DNA from: Phoronis australis
Lineage: Eukaryota; Animalia; Phoronida
NCBI GenBank assembly: GCA_002633005.1
Contig: NMRA01000057.1
Coordinates: 1,080,005-1,144,004, forward strand
Direction: 5' to 3'
DNA length: 64,000 bases
Shown: one piece after another, positions 1 through 13,924 of the stretch
Layout: each line of letters begins with the position of its first letter
Position numbering within the stretch: position 1 is the stretch's first letter
Notes under the pieces: model-generated
What the model was told of the DNA's origin: nothing
Databases searched by the model: none
Seen by the model: the letters and a program-made list of their open reading frames with translations, nothing else
Translations under genes and position numbers: made by a program

Positions 1-72
1 TCCCGTCCACACTACAGCCTTACATTTGAACAACTTGCACTTTTAAGGGCAACTTTAACCTCACACACAGTA

Positions 73-106
73 GCACGCACGCACGCACACACACACACAC
101 ACACAC
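73..106. repeat. (GCAC)n/(CA)n microsatellite
   Basis: gcacgcacgcacgcacacacacacacacacacac read directly. Confidence 0.9.
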
Positions 107-800
107 ATCCGATTATTGGGGTAAGCTAGAAGTTGTTGCTCTGTGCATGACAATGAACACCTAATGCCAAAATGACCCACAAAAGAAAACCCCTCTATAT
201 GTAACAGCAACTGATAATTACTTCTGTCCTATCCCACTTTTGCGGCCACACAGCAATTAAAAGTGCCCCAAGCTACCCTAGAACAAGTTAGCAAACCTTG
301 ATAATGTGGAGTGAATTGTCAAAAGTAGTTTCAATAGCATCAAGACTCTGAGCCCTCAAACCTAAGTGGCAACTCGTTTCAGGAGTAACTTGTTCCAGGG
401 TAAGTTTGCCTGTGAAGGGCACCAGAGTAAACACCCTCTGACTAAGTAAAAAAGAGCAGAGGATGACAGTACAGCCAATCACGGCATTCCATTACCACAG
501 ACCACCAGTGATCCTTAAAAAAACACATCTGTCGACAAATTTCTGGTGTGATGGATCTCGAGATGTCAATGTTTAACTTCTTTGTGAATTTTCAAAACTT
601 CTGCATACACTTAGTTTAGCACCACTATTACATAGTGCAACCTCCACAGGGAGTGGTACCCATGTCAAGTCCATGGTATGACCTGAGGACCCACTGTTGT
701 GTGAAACAACAGGAAGTCATTGTCAAGGTCTTCCAGATATTATTGTAATGGGTACAAAACACACATGGCCCCAGTCAGCAAGGGCATTAATGGGATATAA

Positions 801-871
801 GGTGCCCCTATTTTGAGAACCCCTTTGATGTCCCTTATTCAGTGGAGAATGTTTCTCAACATAGGGGCACT
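801..871. mobile_element. Small hairpin MITE-like relic (same family as 19987-20089)
   Basis: GTGCCCCTATTTTGAGAA is inverted as TTCTCAACATAGGGGCAC. The internal TTATTCAGTGGAGA is the reverse complement (1 mismatch) of TCTCCATTGAATAA in the 20 kb copy. Confidence 0.45.
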
Positions 872-3800
872 ATAAATCAAACCATTGCCACTATGAAGCA
901 CCCAAACCAAATTTTGGACAAAAAGTGCTACTGACCTAGTTGTACGACATGGCAGAAAATCATGGTTAAAATTTTTGCAAAAATGTACGCCCCTTCGTTC
1001 CACCTAAATACATTCAGCCAGCCCCAGACTCACTAACTCGGGGCAAATGTTCACCTTATTCTACATCAAGGTTAAATGTCAAGTACCAATACAAACCTCA
1101 ATGTATCTATGAACTGTTGTATCATGACACTGCTGGAACAAGTTATCTCCAAGTAGCAGTGGTGTGAATGCTGTTTGAACTAATGAAACTTGACACATGA
1201 GTGACATTTGTACCTCCAGGTAACTGTAGGGTAACCACTGTCCAAGGGTAACTGCCGACAGATCTCAAAACAGTCAAAATGCTTATCTATTTTGAATAAC
1301 TTATCGGTTACGAAAAAAATTGCATTTTTTGTTCATTACAAATTGTGTCCTCAATTAGGTAATATTCTGTCATGAAAGGAAGATCTTACTTTTTGGGCAG
1401 CATGGGCAGTCTTCAGTTTACAAGTGGTTAACTTGAAATTAGTAGCATCAGTGCTTTAAAAAGATAACACACTGAGAAAACAGGGGCCTCTTGCCCGTAT
1501 CTGGCATGCATGCATGTACTGCGATCCCAATGGAGAGCCTGTTTCTGTGGTGAAGGCTCTCCTGAAAATCCAGGTACGGTATTCAAGTCCATCCTAGGTT
1601 GCTATGTTTCATATGTTTAGCCATCTGTCATAACTATCAAACTGTTACAAGTGTAATCTACACAATGACAGCTCAGTAAATCAGCAATAAATACCCAGTT
1701 ATGAAAGAGGATATTTATTGAGTTACAGTTCAATGCCCATGAACAGCCGTTAACAAGGAATAAAGCCCAAATTATGACACATTAGCAAATCAATTGGAAA
1801 AAAAAACATTATACAGGAAGGATTTACAGAAAATTGGGAAGTCAGGGAGCTCAGATGGAGAAATCCAACAGTTGGAACAAATTCTGTGGCTGTGGCAACA
1901 CTCTCCAAGATGCTCCACAAACACACGAGGTCACAATTAGCAGACATGATAGACCCAGTGCCTCTATCAACATTCCAATCGTGTCTGATGAACTCATTAG
2001 TTCTCCAGTCTAGCCACCATTTAATCAATGCCCTTTCAAAAAAGATCTATGTTTCAACCAACAGCCCAACTTTTAGGCCACAGCAGATGCTACACATGTG
2101 AGATGATGAACTGAGCAACTGTGGTGGTTTGTACTGACCTAACCAGTCCATAGCCAGGCTCATGAGGAAGTTGCATCAAACGCTCTGATTGGAACATTGA
2201 ACCAAAGTACAATGCAAAATGTGAAAAAATGAAAAGAATTGGAGATCCCTTTGTCGAAAAAAGGACATGAAAAATCCCGTAGAGCAGTTAGGCATGAGTG
2301 GAAAACTGACAAAGGCGATCACAGCATGGAGCAGCACCCATATCTGTGAATGCCACCCCCCAATTCTTTTTACCTTACCAACAACCTGCTGCATGAGTTC
2401 TTCTCACTTCAATAAGTGTAAGAGTGATCTATGAAGAGCTCAGACATGACCACAAGAGGGGGTGACTGTCAGGTCATATGACACAGTCAGAAAGCTTTCA
2501 GACAATGACTCAATCTGTCACAATCTGTCAGCTAACTGGTAAACAGTTGGCATTTTTCTGTTTTAATCTATATAGCAGATGTTAATCCACCAAGAAATGA
2601 GACGGTTCTAATCTTGAAACAAAATTGCAGTGGATCAATTAGAAACACGAAAACAGAAGGTCCAAACTGAACAACTAATATGTACCAACAGATTCATCAA
2701 TAAGAGTTGCACAGTCATTCAAGGACCTGAAGAGTAATTGAATGTCAAGGCAATTGGAAAAAATTAGGCCTAATCAATACAGATCAAGAAATTGAGATGT
2801 ATGGGACACTAATGTTATGCACTGCATAATAAGTAAGGTTTAAAACTCCAAGCAAATATATCCATGCAGCCAATGACTTCCAGCCAACAACAAAACAGTA
2901 TTTTACACTAATACTGGAGTGACAGACCGATAGATCATGTCAACATACAGCACTCAACTGTTATGTTCAAGAATTTAAAGAGGTTTTGCAGTCAGTGGCA
3001 TAACAATGGGTTTTAAGGTCCCTTATCAATCGGGACTAAAGGAGGCGTAAGTGAAGCAAGGGTCCTATCCCATAGGTTTGCCCACATTTACAAGTTATTG
3101 TGTGGCCTCTCTGTCACACTGATGTCCAAAACCCAATGCGACTTCCCTTAAATCAGACAACTGCCAACACAACTTTTGAGATCATGAACGGTAAAATACA
3201 ATGTTGTAAAAATTAAAATCAAATTTGAAGCCCTACTCGTCAATCCTCATGAGTAAAACAAATATTCCTAATGATTCTAGAACGAACATCAAAATCTCAG
3301 ACAAAAATCTTAACCTTACATTTTAAAGACACTTCAACTTTCAACGCTGCATTTCGTCCAGTTTAGCTATGAATGTTGCCTTCTTACTCAAGTCCTCTGG
3401 GGCTTAAACGATCTTGATTTGATGCCAAGTCATAGACAATGCGCACAGGTGCCATTTTCGAATTCGCAATCTAAGGGTTAAACTCTGAAGCACTTTCTTT
3501 AGTCGTTGAAAGTCTCAATGTTCTTGTTGGTAACGGAAATAGAATAGTACCACAGTAAGGAATATTACAAGACCAATTTTATGAGAGTAAAAGGTCTAAT
3601 TCAAGTTTTCCCGTTGAACAGGGCGAAATACAGGTTTAAACTACTTATTACAAAACTAAAAAAAAGAACTTGAATCCATACCGAAGTCTTCCAGAGAACA
3701 AACTTAAATTCCCCACTTCCTGTCTAAACAGTAAAAGTTCTTTAACTGCCTTCCTAAATGTGTTGTAAACACCAATTGTCTAGAGGGAATACCTAAAATA

Positions 3801-4978
3801 GCTTACAGCAAATCCATCAATGAATTCTTGGCACATGAAGTCATGGCTTAGGTAGAACTGGTGAGGCAAAGATTCCCCCACACAGACATCCAGACACATG
3901 TGGTTTGGCAGTTTAAACATGAGTAAGTTTTATGAATGAACTTGTAGACAGATGCTGAGCAACATTAAATATCAACATGGACAACAGATGTCATTTGAGT
4001 CAACCTAGACAGATATAGAGTAGAGTTCAGTGTTGAACTTGGGTGACTTGGTATTATCTGGAGTAATATATTCATTGTGTTTCTAGATATTATCTAGTAC
4101 CTGCTGTGTGCCTGAAAACTGCTGTAACAATTTTGCTGAAAGCTACAGTTACAGGAAAACTTAACTTATATGACCGCTCTTCCATAAGGTAGGATAATTT
4201 TTCAATTAAAGGCAAAAAACATTGTCACAGTGAAAAATTCTTCAATTTGAAACACAATACAAAAAATAGAAACACGACAATTTTAGCAATTATTATTGTC
4301 ACAAATTGTGAAGAATTTTTACTGTAATTATAGTAAATCTGTTCAGCGATTCTAGACCAGGTGAACAATGTTCCTTCATCTTCTACATTAATCTTTAAAA
4401 GACTACTTTACAAGAGTTGTGGTTGATATAAAAAGGGTTTAATCGAAAAAGGTACAAGGGCGTGACCCTCTGTCTTCCAACTGCCACATCTAGATTATCA
4501 CATTCATCCATAAACCAGGAGATAACCTACTCCCACACCTGAAATCCTAACAGATTACCTCAGTTTATTGACTGTGTACAAAGAGGGCAGCATATTTTTG
4601 GACAAAGTAAACAAAATTCATCCCATTCTTTTTAGTTATCAAAATACCTTTGGTGTCAGGTGGTCACAGACAGAATGTTATTCAAACAAATAAAAACATT
4701 TTACAACAGAATATCAATTTACCATATTAATAAACATGTCAATCAGTCATTCATGAAACATCAACTTCAACAAAGCCCTATACTTGTTTCACTAGAAGAC
4801 CTTGACCCACATGCCTGTATAGCAATGTTTCAAAGCAAGAGACAACAAACATGTATCAAACACTGGAATATGCAACTGAGTGCATTTGCTTTAAAAAATA
4901 CTGAACATCAACAGGGTCTAAATGTGTTCTTAACCCCCAACTGCTCACACAAGCACGCTCGGNGGGGGGGGAAGACCA

Positions 4979-5991
4979 CAGCTATTGTCATATGGACTCA
5001 AAGAAAGATCCCTACTCCAGACCGTGTGCATTCGGCTGGGGGATGGGGCAAGAGGCAGGCAACACGATTAATTAATGTTGCTACAGAAACACAAACAATG
5101 CACTGTTTTCGTCTTATCTTTGCTTAAATTAAAAACAGTGAGTCTTATTCCTGACGTTATCAGAATTTACCCTACAAACCTTCTCCACTGTCAGCTAGTT
5201 TTGTTCTACTTATGAGGGTATTATGCTTACCAAGTATATTAGTTTACAGGAAAGGCAAGTATACCCATAAATGGTAAAATGCAGATGAGTGACTCATCTT
5301 CTAATAGTGGGGATACATAACACCATACTTGTCTGAGTATTCTACCAAACCACAGCTGGGTTAATTTCAGGCATTTTTAATCTTTTTAAACAAGAGGCAA
5401 ACTCCCACAGGATTGGTTGACAACAACAGAATTCTATAGACATGACTGATTACTTGGCGGAATTCTTCGAATTCCGTCAAGTATGTTGCTCTGACAGCAA
5501 GTTTTTTTTTTTTACTNCAGCTATTGTCATATGGACTCAAAGAAAGATCCCTACTCCAGACCGTGTGCATTCGGCTGGGGGATGGGGCAAGAGGCAGGCA
5601 ACACGATTAATTAATTTTGCTACAGAAACACAAACAATGCACTGTTTTCGTCTTATCTTTGCTTAAATTAAAAACAGCGAGTCTTATTCCTGACGTTATC
5701 AGAATTTACCCTACAAACCTTCTCCGCTGTCAGCTAGTTTTGTTCTACTTATGAGGGTATTATGCTTACCAAGTATATTAGTTTACAGGAAAGGCAAGTA
5801 TACCCATAAATGGTAAAATGTAGATGAGTGACTCATCTTCTAATAGTGGGGATACATAACACCATACTTGTCTGAGTATTCTACCAAACCACAGCTGGGT
5901 TAATTTCAGGCATTTTTAATCTTTTTAAACAAGAGGCAAACACCCACAGCATTGGTTGACAATAACAGAATTCTGTAGACATGACTGATTA
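4979..5991 (+). repeat. Near-identical 474-bp duplication (4979-5452 and 5518-5991), probably two haplotypes assembled in tandem
   Basis: The copies differ by only a handful of substitutions. Each is preceded by a single N (4963, 5517). Confidence 0.85.
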
Positions 5992-8900
5992 TTAGATGGT
6001 TTTCAATGCTACTCCATAGGTTCGCCCCACAGAAACACAGAACACTTGATACTCAACAGCCACTGCATGAGGGTTTGAAATGAAGTGCACGAACCTGCTT
6101 TTCAGCTAAAACTATAATCTCACCTATTTACACCAAAGGTAATTGCCGAAATAACTTTTTATCACTATTAAAGGGTTCCAAACATTGATGTGAATGCCCA
6201 CGCTTTTTCAAAACTGTTTTTGCTTGATGGTAGCTGGGGCACAATAACTTCCAATATGGACAAGCATTTTTTATTTGGTGCTTCATGTGGGAAGAAAAAA
6301 CGAAAAAATAAAATTTCACTTGCTGACCACATTGTCTCCAAAATTGGTGACATTTTACGATACAGTAACCAACCAAGTTAAAATTTTCTATATCACGATG
6401 TCGCCATAAAACTGGTCTCCGCATGTTTCTTGCTCAGATGAGAATGCACTATTCCATGGGCCTATGCTAAAAAACTTCTTGCGTCCGGTACTAAAGAAAT
6501 TCCAGCAATAGATTCACAAGCCCGAAATTCTCTGAAATCTACAAGGACAACAAAATTCACAAACTTTAGACAACTGGTATGGTAGACAAAGGAATCTTTC
6601 ATTTTTCAAGAAAAGTGCTCATCAAATAAATGCTTTATAACTGTGATGATTGAGAAATAAATGAGAAATAAACAAGCATTCACAACAATGCTAGAAATAC
6701 TTGAAAAACAAAACAAAATCAATTTTAGCAATCAACTTTGTCCGAAATTGGTGAGATTTTCTTGGCACAAGGTAGAAACCGGTTTTGCAACAGAAAGAAC
6801 TTGTCCAAATCAAAAGTCAAGCGAGTCATATGTTAGGTGAGGTGGGATTATAACTCGGCTTTACCATCACTATCATCACCTCGCTGATTGTCATTAACAC
6901 ACTTTGTTATGATACTCTAGGGAAATATTATGAAGCCAGTGTTTTTGTTGTCCAAGAGAAAAACAAGCAACAACTTCATCGTCCTCATCTGCAAAAGCAA
7001 TACTTGTCCTCCGTCAAGTAAACACTTCCACTGAGAATGCTACTAAGTTCACACAAGAGGCGAAAACACTAGCAGTTTTTCCAGATTCAAAACCAAGCAT
7101 TTTAGTCAGACACGAAGCGGTCATTCTCACCAGCAGTTGATTGCTCGTTGTTTCACCAACCGAATCCTTTTTAAAGTGAAAATGGATGTCATAATATGCC
7201 CACTGTCTGCAATAAAAAGCTACCACAAAGTCCTCTTCACAAAACAGCCCGTTTTCACTGCTGGCAATGAAGCTAGGGGAAACATTAAAATTTTACCCAG
7301 ATTGTGTATGGGATATGGGGTTTTTTAACTTCACTCAAACATACTTGACAGCCAGACTCAATGACCACGAAATGGCGAATTAATGGGAAACAAAATCAAG
7401 GGTACCTTGCATTCTGTAAAACAAGAGCCCCACACGAAAAGCGAGATTGTGCAAAACCACATAAAATCCCAGGAGTATTTCTCGAGAAAGCTCATGATGA
7501 ATACTGGGAAATAAAACCAAGGGTATGTTCCTTAAAATTGGTATCCCAAGAGAAAAGCAGGGTAGTGCAAAATCACAAAAATCGCCGAGTATTTCTTGAG
7601 TAAGCTCGAAACCTTAGGCATAATGACCGCCAGTGAAATGGTAGGTAGGTGAGGCTGTAACAAAGACTACCAGAGGTAAGGTGCAAGTCAAAATTCTTTC
7701 ATTCCATAAGCGAAGATTTCTAGCTGATAAAGTGTTGTTTTTATAGAATGCAGCCCTGGTAAATACTCACTGCCTCACCTGCACAATAGAAACAGGTTCT
7801 AGACCAGTTTAATACCCTACAGTTAATCCTACTATAACATAACAAGATTAATCCCACCCTTCAATAGGATAATCTGTATACTCTGACACACCTACTTTAA
7901 TAAACTGCAACTACCCCTGCCTGCATCACAAACCACTCCAATCATTCCAGTAGATACCGGCCCTTCATTTAATGCTTCTAGCACCATATGCCTTTAACTA
8001 GACTGAGAAGACCAACGCAACAGTTGCCCAGTTATGTAGAGTTTCAATCAGTAGGAAAGCTTATGCTCCTGGACTTTAACTACTCTCAGAATACGAAAAG
8101 TTAAATCCAGTGTGACGAAAGTACGATAATCGCAAGATGTCAGACCACGGTATACAATCACGTGACAATCAACCATTCCATCCGGTGTTTGATCCAGCGA
8201 ACTAGTGTAAACTCCTATATCACCAGTGGAGAGAAGATAATGGGAAAGGCGATTGAAATTATGAGAGTTTTAATAGACTGGTATTTCCCTAATGGGAAAG
8301 TAGCTAGCACTGAAACTACCCTTATTTAAAGGAGTTTCGCTCAGTGTGAAAGCGTAAATCCCGGGCTTAAAACTGACATTGCAGCTCCTCTCAAAACAGG
8401 CAGATTAAAGTGCTGAGTTGCAAAACTACCCTGCAGTGAAAAAAGTTAAATCCACTCAAACAGTAGTAATCACCAACGGTTGATAGTGGTTGTTGCTACA
8501 AAGTTTCATTAGATCAAATTTTCTTTTATCGGAAACGAACAAAAGACAAGACTATACCCCATAGCACTGAAACGAAACATTTCATCAAGTGCTTTATTTT
8601 TGTTTTGAATGGTAAATTTCATATTTATTATCAGTTTTAAGCCATACCACAGACTTGTTCGAATGTGAAAATTAATGTGGGGGCAGACCCCAAGTAACAA
8701 CCTCTTATCCCATCACGATCATCACAAAGTTCCCAAGTGAGGCAGGGTCAACAGTTACCTCCTGAGAGGGCCAGTTGACCCTGCACACCTGAGTCGTCCA
8801 GCCCCAGGAACAAAATGATTGGATGAAAGCGACCATGCGGGAAAAATTCAACTGGAGTGACTCAATACCAGCGTGACAACATGCCCCTACTGTTGGTGGT

Positions 8901-10090
8901 ATTGTAAGTTGCACCTCTTCAACTGCCACTCTCACACAGGTGACAGGCTTATCACGTGGATACTGTTCTGAGGGTGGGGGAGTTGACCCTGGGTGAACAC
9001 ATTCCTTGTAGTGTTCCTTTCTGGCACTGTTACTTTAAAAACTACTGACAATTAAATGCCTGTGGTGCAGCATTAGACACCTGGGATTATAGGTAACCAA
9101 TTGATCTTGAGTCAGAACACCTGTTTAAAGTTGTATTAAAATGGAGAATAGTGTGTTTATACAGTTGTATACCATCACACTACTGACAGGAGAAATGCTA
9201 CGGTAACAATTGGTTCAGAGAACAGTATGTGTTAAGTCGTGAGCCATTTCACAGCTTGTGAATGTACCCTGACAGGAAGATGTCCACACCACATGCATTA
9301 AAATTTAATTGCGAGCAGTTTCAAAGTAACAGCACTACAAAAGAACACCAGAGAAGACTGTGCAATCGAAAAATACTCAACACAGTTTGATAACCATTCA
9401 AAACACTTTTCCATCATCGGATATGACAAAGCTGATTTATATTTAAAACAGCTGATCCACTCCAACCCTGTATCCTTTATCAGAAATACATTGCATGCTG
9501 TTTTGTTTCATGTCCCCTGGTTTGACAGAAAATGCTATAGATCCAGTTCATAAGTCACAAAGATGTCTTCCAGAAATCTTTCAGGAGACATTTGCAATGA
9601 TACTGCAGGTGTGGTCATGCAATTACAGTATCTATCAAGTGTGAAGTTGATGGTGTCATATCCTTTATAGAACAACCTTAAGAGATAAGAACAATAACTC
9701 TCAAAAACCTCCTCCAGGCCAATCACCACTTGACAGTAATGAAATTCTAAACCAATGGTCATCCTACAGTGGTCTGGCAAGCTAATTCAGTGCCTTGTTA
9801 CTTGGCGAAATAAATTTCGCCAAGTATATTGCTNTTAATTTCCCTTACTTCTCAGTCATGAGGGAAGACTACTCCCATGGGAATTCGGTTTCTGCCCAGC
9901 CGTGATGACTGGAGATTCCGAGTCATTAGGAGAATACCACCCAATTTAATTAGTCTTTTTACCATTTTAATTAGTCCATATCCACATCGCCTCTTATACG
10001 GTCAACCTCAACTTGCCGAAAGGTGTCGCGTTAACCTGTGAGGAAGGTGAGAAACGACGCAGAGACGTCACCGATTCATCTCCAGAGCGA

Positions 10091-10338
10091 ATGCCGCTAT
10101 ATTGCCGTGCATCATTCCCGCTTGTCCGAAGTATGAAGCTGCGAAGAAAGCGGGTATATCACTTTTTTGACTTCCCCGAGAGTCCGAAATTCTTAGGAAG
10201 TGGCTCGCGGTAGTGAACAATGAAAAGTACGCTGTTAATAGCAAGTATGCAGCCGTGAAACATCTCCGTGTCTGTGGCCGGCATTTCGTCGACAGTGATT
10301 TTTCTGACGAATTCCAGCTTATCAAAGAACTATCCATA
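10091..10338 (+). pseudogene. Degenerate THAP zinc-finger domain (transposase N-terminus)
   Basis: From 10108: CIIPACPKYEAAKKAGISLF*LPRESEILRKWLAVVNNEKYAVNSKYAAVKHLRVCGRHFVDSDF. This has the THAP C-x4-C...P...W...C-x2-HF signature, one in-frame stop, and a frameshift after the ATG at 10091. Confidence 0.85.
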
Positions 10339-10499
10339 CGTTCCGTTGCCTGAGCATGTTCACGGCACCTCTCTAGTATTTCTTGATCAGTGTATTCCAG
10401 TTCGAACTGATAGCCCTTGAAACCTAATGATCTGATCAGTAAAGTCTTCGACGGACGAGCTCTCGACTAAGTCCGGATTGGCGCCGGGCGAGTTGCCAT
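10339..10499 (-). pseudogene. N-terminal fragment resembling the Kolobok accessory (KolX / P2X7-C-terminus-like) protein
   Basis: ATG at 10499, then GFKGYQFELEYTDQEILER, which resembles the YQFEPEY motif of these proteins. It is convergent with the THAP fragment. Confidence 0.5.
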
Positions 10500-12404
10500 G
10501 TAGACGTTTGTTATTCTGCGTTCCCTTTCAAAATAAATTATTCTCACCCTAACCAATGCTTATATAAAGCAGAAACAAAAGTCTGTCTCATTAGATACAA
10601 TTTGTAATGCCTTTGGAGTATTCGTGAGTGCAAATGTTTTGAGAAGCCAGCAATGAATAAACCACCGTGTTACTGGCTTTAGACGCAACAAAGGTAACTG
10701 ACCGGGCACCGAGACCGCGTGAGTGCATGCTAATTCAGTGTTTGCTAACAGAAACCTGTTGTGAAACAATAACTTTATTTTATATGCTATGGTCACATGT
10801 TAGGGGAATCTTTATTTATATATACAAATACATTATTCAAATCATTGTTACTGACGGTTCTGTGAAGGGGAACCCGACTTCGCGGCCCCCGACAAGTAGA
10901 TTTTCAGTTTCGTGGCTAATTCCCCTAAATAATTATGTACACATTATTTTTTTGGCTCACTATTATAGTGTTTTCGTGACTGGGAGTTTAGTTTCCAACT
11001 TACGCTGGTATATGTTCCTGACATCCATTTCCGGCGGCCGCGACTTGCCTGATCGGGTTCCGAGCCACTGGCGAGGAGTAACGAGCGTTTTGTGTGTTTA
11101 GAACTGATAAAATCGCAAGTCTAAAAGTACAACACACAGCTATGTTCCCCATCTGTATTTCATGGAAAAATGATTCGAATTTATAACCAAACTTAATCCC
11201 TGTGATCGACCATGGTAAATTGGCCCGTTACAGGTGAACTCTGTAGACTACGGTACGTTCAAATACCTATAAATCCGTAACAACAAAAAAATAAAACAAA
11301 ACGTTTGTTCAAGAACTCTATGTATTTGTAAGGGGTTTACATCGAATTTTGATTATTTATTGGTGTTAAACGATGAATTCAAGCAATAAGTTGACAAGTA
11401 AGTGTGTTGTGAAAGGCTGAACAGACTGCGTTTGAACCGATTATGTCATTGGTTAATTTCAACACCTCCGTCTACCGTTAGGTGTCAGGTAAAACAACTG
11501 AATTTGTTGTTAGCGAGTGGAATTACTCGATCTATATTGATACAAAATAGGTTGTTTATTGGGTGACATTCTCCTTGGCATGGACTGTAGTAAAGACGCA
11601 TTATCAAATGTGTCGTGGGGTTGGGAAGCATCCAACTGTTGCACACAGGGTAGGTAGCGATATACTTAGTCACTTGCCCAGATGCCAATGTGAGTAAAAA
11701 TGGTTGGGAGAGTAGAAATTTCCTTTTCCGGTCGCCCAAGCGGCAAGCGAATTTTTAGAGTGCACTAAAAACTGTCGTTTGCAAGATTTATTTATTTTTT
11801 CTTTATTAATGTAATGATTATAATGAGGGTAGCCCCATCAGTTCACACTGCTTTCCATGGGGGTCCTCAAGATGAAAATTAATAAATTTTCTCTTCCCTG
11901 TGTTGTTTTATCATGAATTTAAGGTAACCGTTAATTTTGGCCAGCATCTCGATGCTCCAACAGTAAAAAACATCGACGCAGTGTGCTCCTAGTGAGTCAG
12001 TACATGTTAACCGTTTTGCGATATGTCTGGACAAAAGGTCAGAGCGAGAGGTCCCTGCACAAAGGAATTTATGGACTAGTCTGCAACAACGAAAATGGGG
12101 GAAGGCGGAAGACAGGTCCATGGGCTCACAGCGAGTGAAAAAAACATATTTCGTGGAACTGACACCTTATTGTACAGTGTAATTTTAGCGAAGATTATTT
12201 AATAAATAATAACATTGAAGACATATATAAATTATAATGATTGTTCTTGTTATCGTTACAAGCATTTAGTAAAATAAAAATTTTCTGGCTAACTCGCCGA
12301 GCTGGCCAGCAGAGTTTTGAAACCTGAGTATATCCCTGAGTAACCACAATGACTATAACTACAGATTTTGCAAAACCCACTGACATTGACAAGTTGAACT
12401 TTTT

Positions 12405-13137
12405 TGCAAATTATGCCGCACACTGGCTAAACCATCAAAGTCAATGATTATTGTTAGTACATTTAGAGCTGTCAATGTCTTTAATTTACAACTCAGAACA
12501 CATACTTCTGTACGAGATTTCTATCTGATACGCCTCTTTATTTGTCAACACACTCCATGAAACATATTGACAAAAGTTATCTGCCTGACCACATGCTACA
12601 AACGCCATTCTTTAAGTCAAATTGAAGGGTGTTGTAGTATGGACAAAAATATTGAACAGGACCAGGTATCAAATCATTTCAGTGTAAAAACGGTAATTTG
12701 CCAAATTAGGCAACTGAACGAAGGACTGCTTAAAAAAAGTTTGAATACAGGAGTAGTTGTTCGAGTTGAAACGAATTAAAGATATCGGGGGCCTTCTGAG
12801 GTGGCGTTATTCAAAAACCCCATAACCACCTCGACCATGATCCTTTAACCCACGACTTGCGGCAATAGAGGTATCTTTGCACTTTTTACACATTTCATAA
12901 CCCCTATGCACAAATGGTATTAATAGCAACAAGACTTTGATGGTTTAATCAGGGTGAGGCATAATTCGTCGAAAAGCTTCTGACGTATGACTGTAATTAC
13001 TTATTTTCAAGTTACAAACTGGTTACTAGTGTACGAAGGCTCTACGTAAGCACCGCCGCTACTTAACCAATACTTAACTTAGTTGATTTACTGACTACAC
13101 CACTACTGCTAAGTAGAGACGATGGTGGCACTTTCTG
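12405..13137. mobile_element. Degenerate foldback element, TAG-terminated family (see 29914-30486)
   Basis: AATTATGCCGCACACTGGCTAAACCATCAAAGTC is inverted as GACTTTGATGGTTTAATCAGGGTGAGGCATAATT. The right end matches the reverse complement of 24702-24734. The left boundary is uncertain. Confidence 0.6.
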
Positions 13138-13205
13138 ATTTTAAAATCCTGAAACATGAACACTGAATGTTCGGTACAACTATATATAAGAGTGATTTCT
13201 ATGAA

Positions 13206-13433
13206 TAGACAGTGACCAGTGTCCCACAGGCAAGGAGGATGGTAGAGCTCCTATAGGTGCTACACATGCCGGAAGCTTTTCAGTGAATTATACCTTGCAC
13301 TGACTAAAGAACGTTAACTCACCATTTTTAACATTGCACGCGCCAGGTGGTATGACGTCTTATCCCCTGGCGCGCGCAGTGTTAAAAATGGTGAGTTACT
13401 GATTTTGGGAACTGAATGAGGGACTGCTCGAAG
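13206..13433 (+). mobile_element. Left-arm fragment of the same foldback family, interrupted by a MITE
   Basis: Starts TAGACAGTGACCA as at 29914 and contains GGAAGCTTTTCAGTGAATTATACC and GGACTGCTCGAA. Confidence 0.6.
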
Positions 13434-13924
13434 CAGGCCTTTATCCAGGATTTTGAAAATAGGGTGTCCAAAATGGGGTTCCCAATATTCCAGGGCGTCC
13501 ATGATTCCGACGCGTAACCCCCCACCCCCAGCAATACCCCCAAACACACAGATTTTTTTACAAAAAATGTATAGATCAAGGTTTTTACATCTAAGTTTAT
13601 AAAACAACCTTCTATGGTGAGCATTTTTACAAATAAAAACTGTGTAGACCAAGACTTTTACAATGCTGTCAATCAAGTGTCAAAATAGCAACAATGCATA
13701 TACTTTGTATATACATTGTATATTTCTTCCTGCTTTGAAAAAGAGCCCCCACTGTGAGCCTTCAGAGGCTTCCTAGTATTCATTACAATGTGTGAGTCCA
13801 AACTTGAAAGGTTCCTATTGACAGTGGGCGGCCAAATGATACATTGGGCCTCCTTGCCAAGGCATCCAGATTAGTGCTAGGGCGTCCATTTGGACGCTCA
13901 GGACGGACGCTGCATAAAGGCCTG
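13434..13924. mobile_element. hAT-like non-autonomous DNA transposon (491 bp)
   Basis: TIR CAGGCCTTTATCCAG / CTGCATAAAGGCCTG (14 of 15 match). No clear TSD. Confidence 0.7.

Noticed and set aside
1750-3000. Possible ancient CR1-like LINE debris (similar hints at about 15.2-15.9 kb)
   Set aside because: Motif traces too decayed to support a call.
4660-5666. 155-aa and 74-aa ORFs sharing a C-terminus
   Set aside because: Both cross Ns and arise from the duplicated segment. No protein motif.
6100-7620. Coding-like segment with short internal duplications (6331/6739; about 115-bp pair at 7380-7610)
   Set aside because: No identifiable protein motif or termini.
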